Source: the human T2T-CHM13v2.0 reference genome, Homo sapiens
Strand: one strand, 5' to 3'
NCBI RefSeq assembly: GCF_009914755.1
Contig: NC_060942.1
DNA: 64,000 nucleotides
Shown in pieces: positions 63,740 through 64,000 of the stretch; the first letter of the stretch is position 1, and the number at the start of each line of letters is the position of its first letter. A model generated the notes under the pieces. That model made no database searches. It had not been told where the DNA came from and worked only from the letters and a program-made list of their open reading frames with translations. Both the position numbers and the translations under genes were made by a program.

Positions 63740-64000
63740 TTTGAGACAGAGTTTTGCTTTTGTTGCCCAGGCTGGAGTACAATGGCATGATCTTAGCTCA
63801 CTGCAACCTCCACCTCCTGGGTTCAAGTGATTCTCCTGCCTCAGCCTCCTGAGTAGCTGGGATTACAGGCATGTGCCACCATGCCCGGCTAATATTGTAT
63901 TTTTAGTAGAGACGGGGTTTCTCCATGTTGGTCAGGCTAGCCTTGAACTCCCAACCTCAGGTGAGCTGCCTGCCTCAGCCTCCCAAAGTGCTGGGATTAC

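Overview
Primate (most likely human) genomic DNA, very rich in Alu and L1 repeats. It matches my recollection of the chr18q11 TMEM241-RIOK3 region. The window holds the first two coding exons of TMEM241 (SLC35D4) on the minus strand, behind a CpG-rich promoter at about 9.8-10.1 kb. It also holds the complete 13-exon RIOK3 gene on the plus strand: ATG at 25510, TAG at 53344, hand-assembled CDS of 1560 nt = 519 aa, all introns GT-AG, 3' UTR to about 55.2 kb. Other features are a Y4 RNA retrocopy, a 3'-truncated HMGN1-like processed pseudogene joined to ERV1 debris (MER4-type int/LTR, an env TM fragment, PPT and LTR), a THE1 solo LTR, MER3 and MER94-like DNA transposons, and microsatellites. The most unusual structure is a near-perfect inverted duplication of about 195 bp, partly made of non-repeat sequence (51102-51295 / 52610-52807). 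It brackets only RIOK3 exon 12 and could fold the pre-mRNA around that exon. Inverted Alu pairs likewise bracket exon 7 and exons 3-5. Most ORFs in the supplied track are Alu or L1 artefacts. Repeat boundaries and subfamily calls were made by eye and are approximate.
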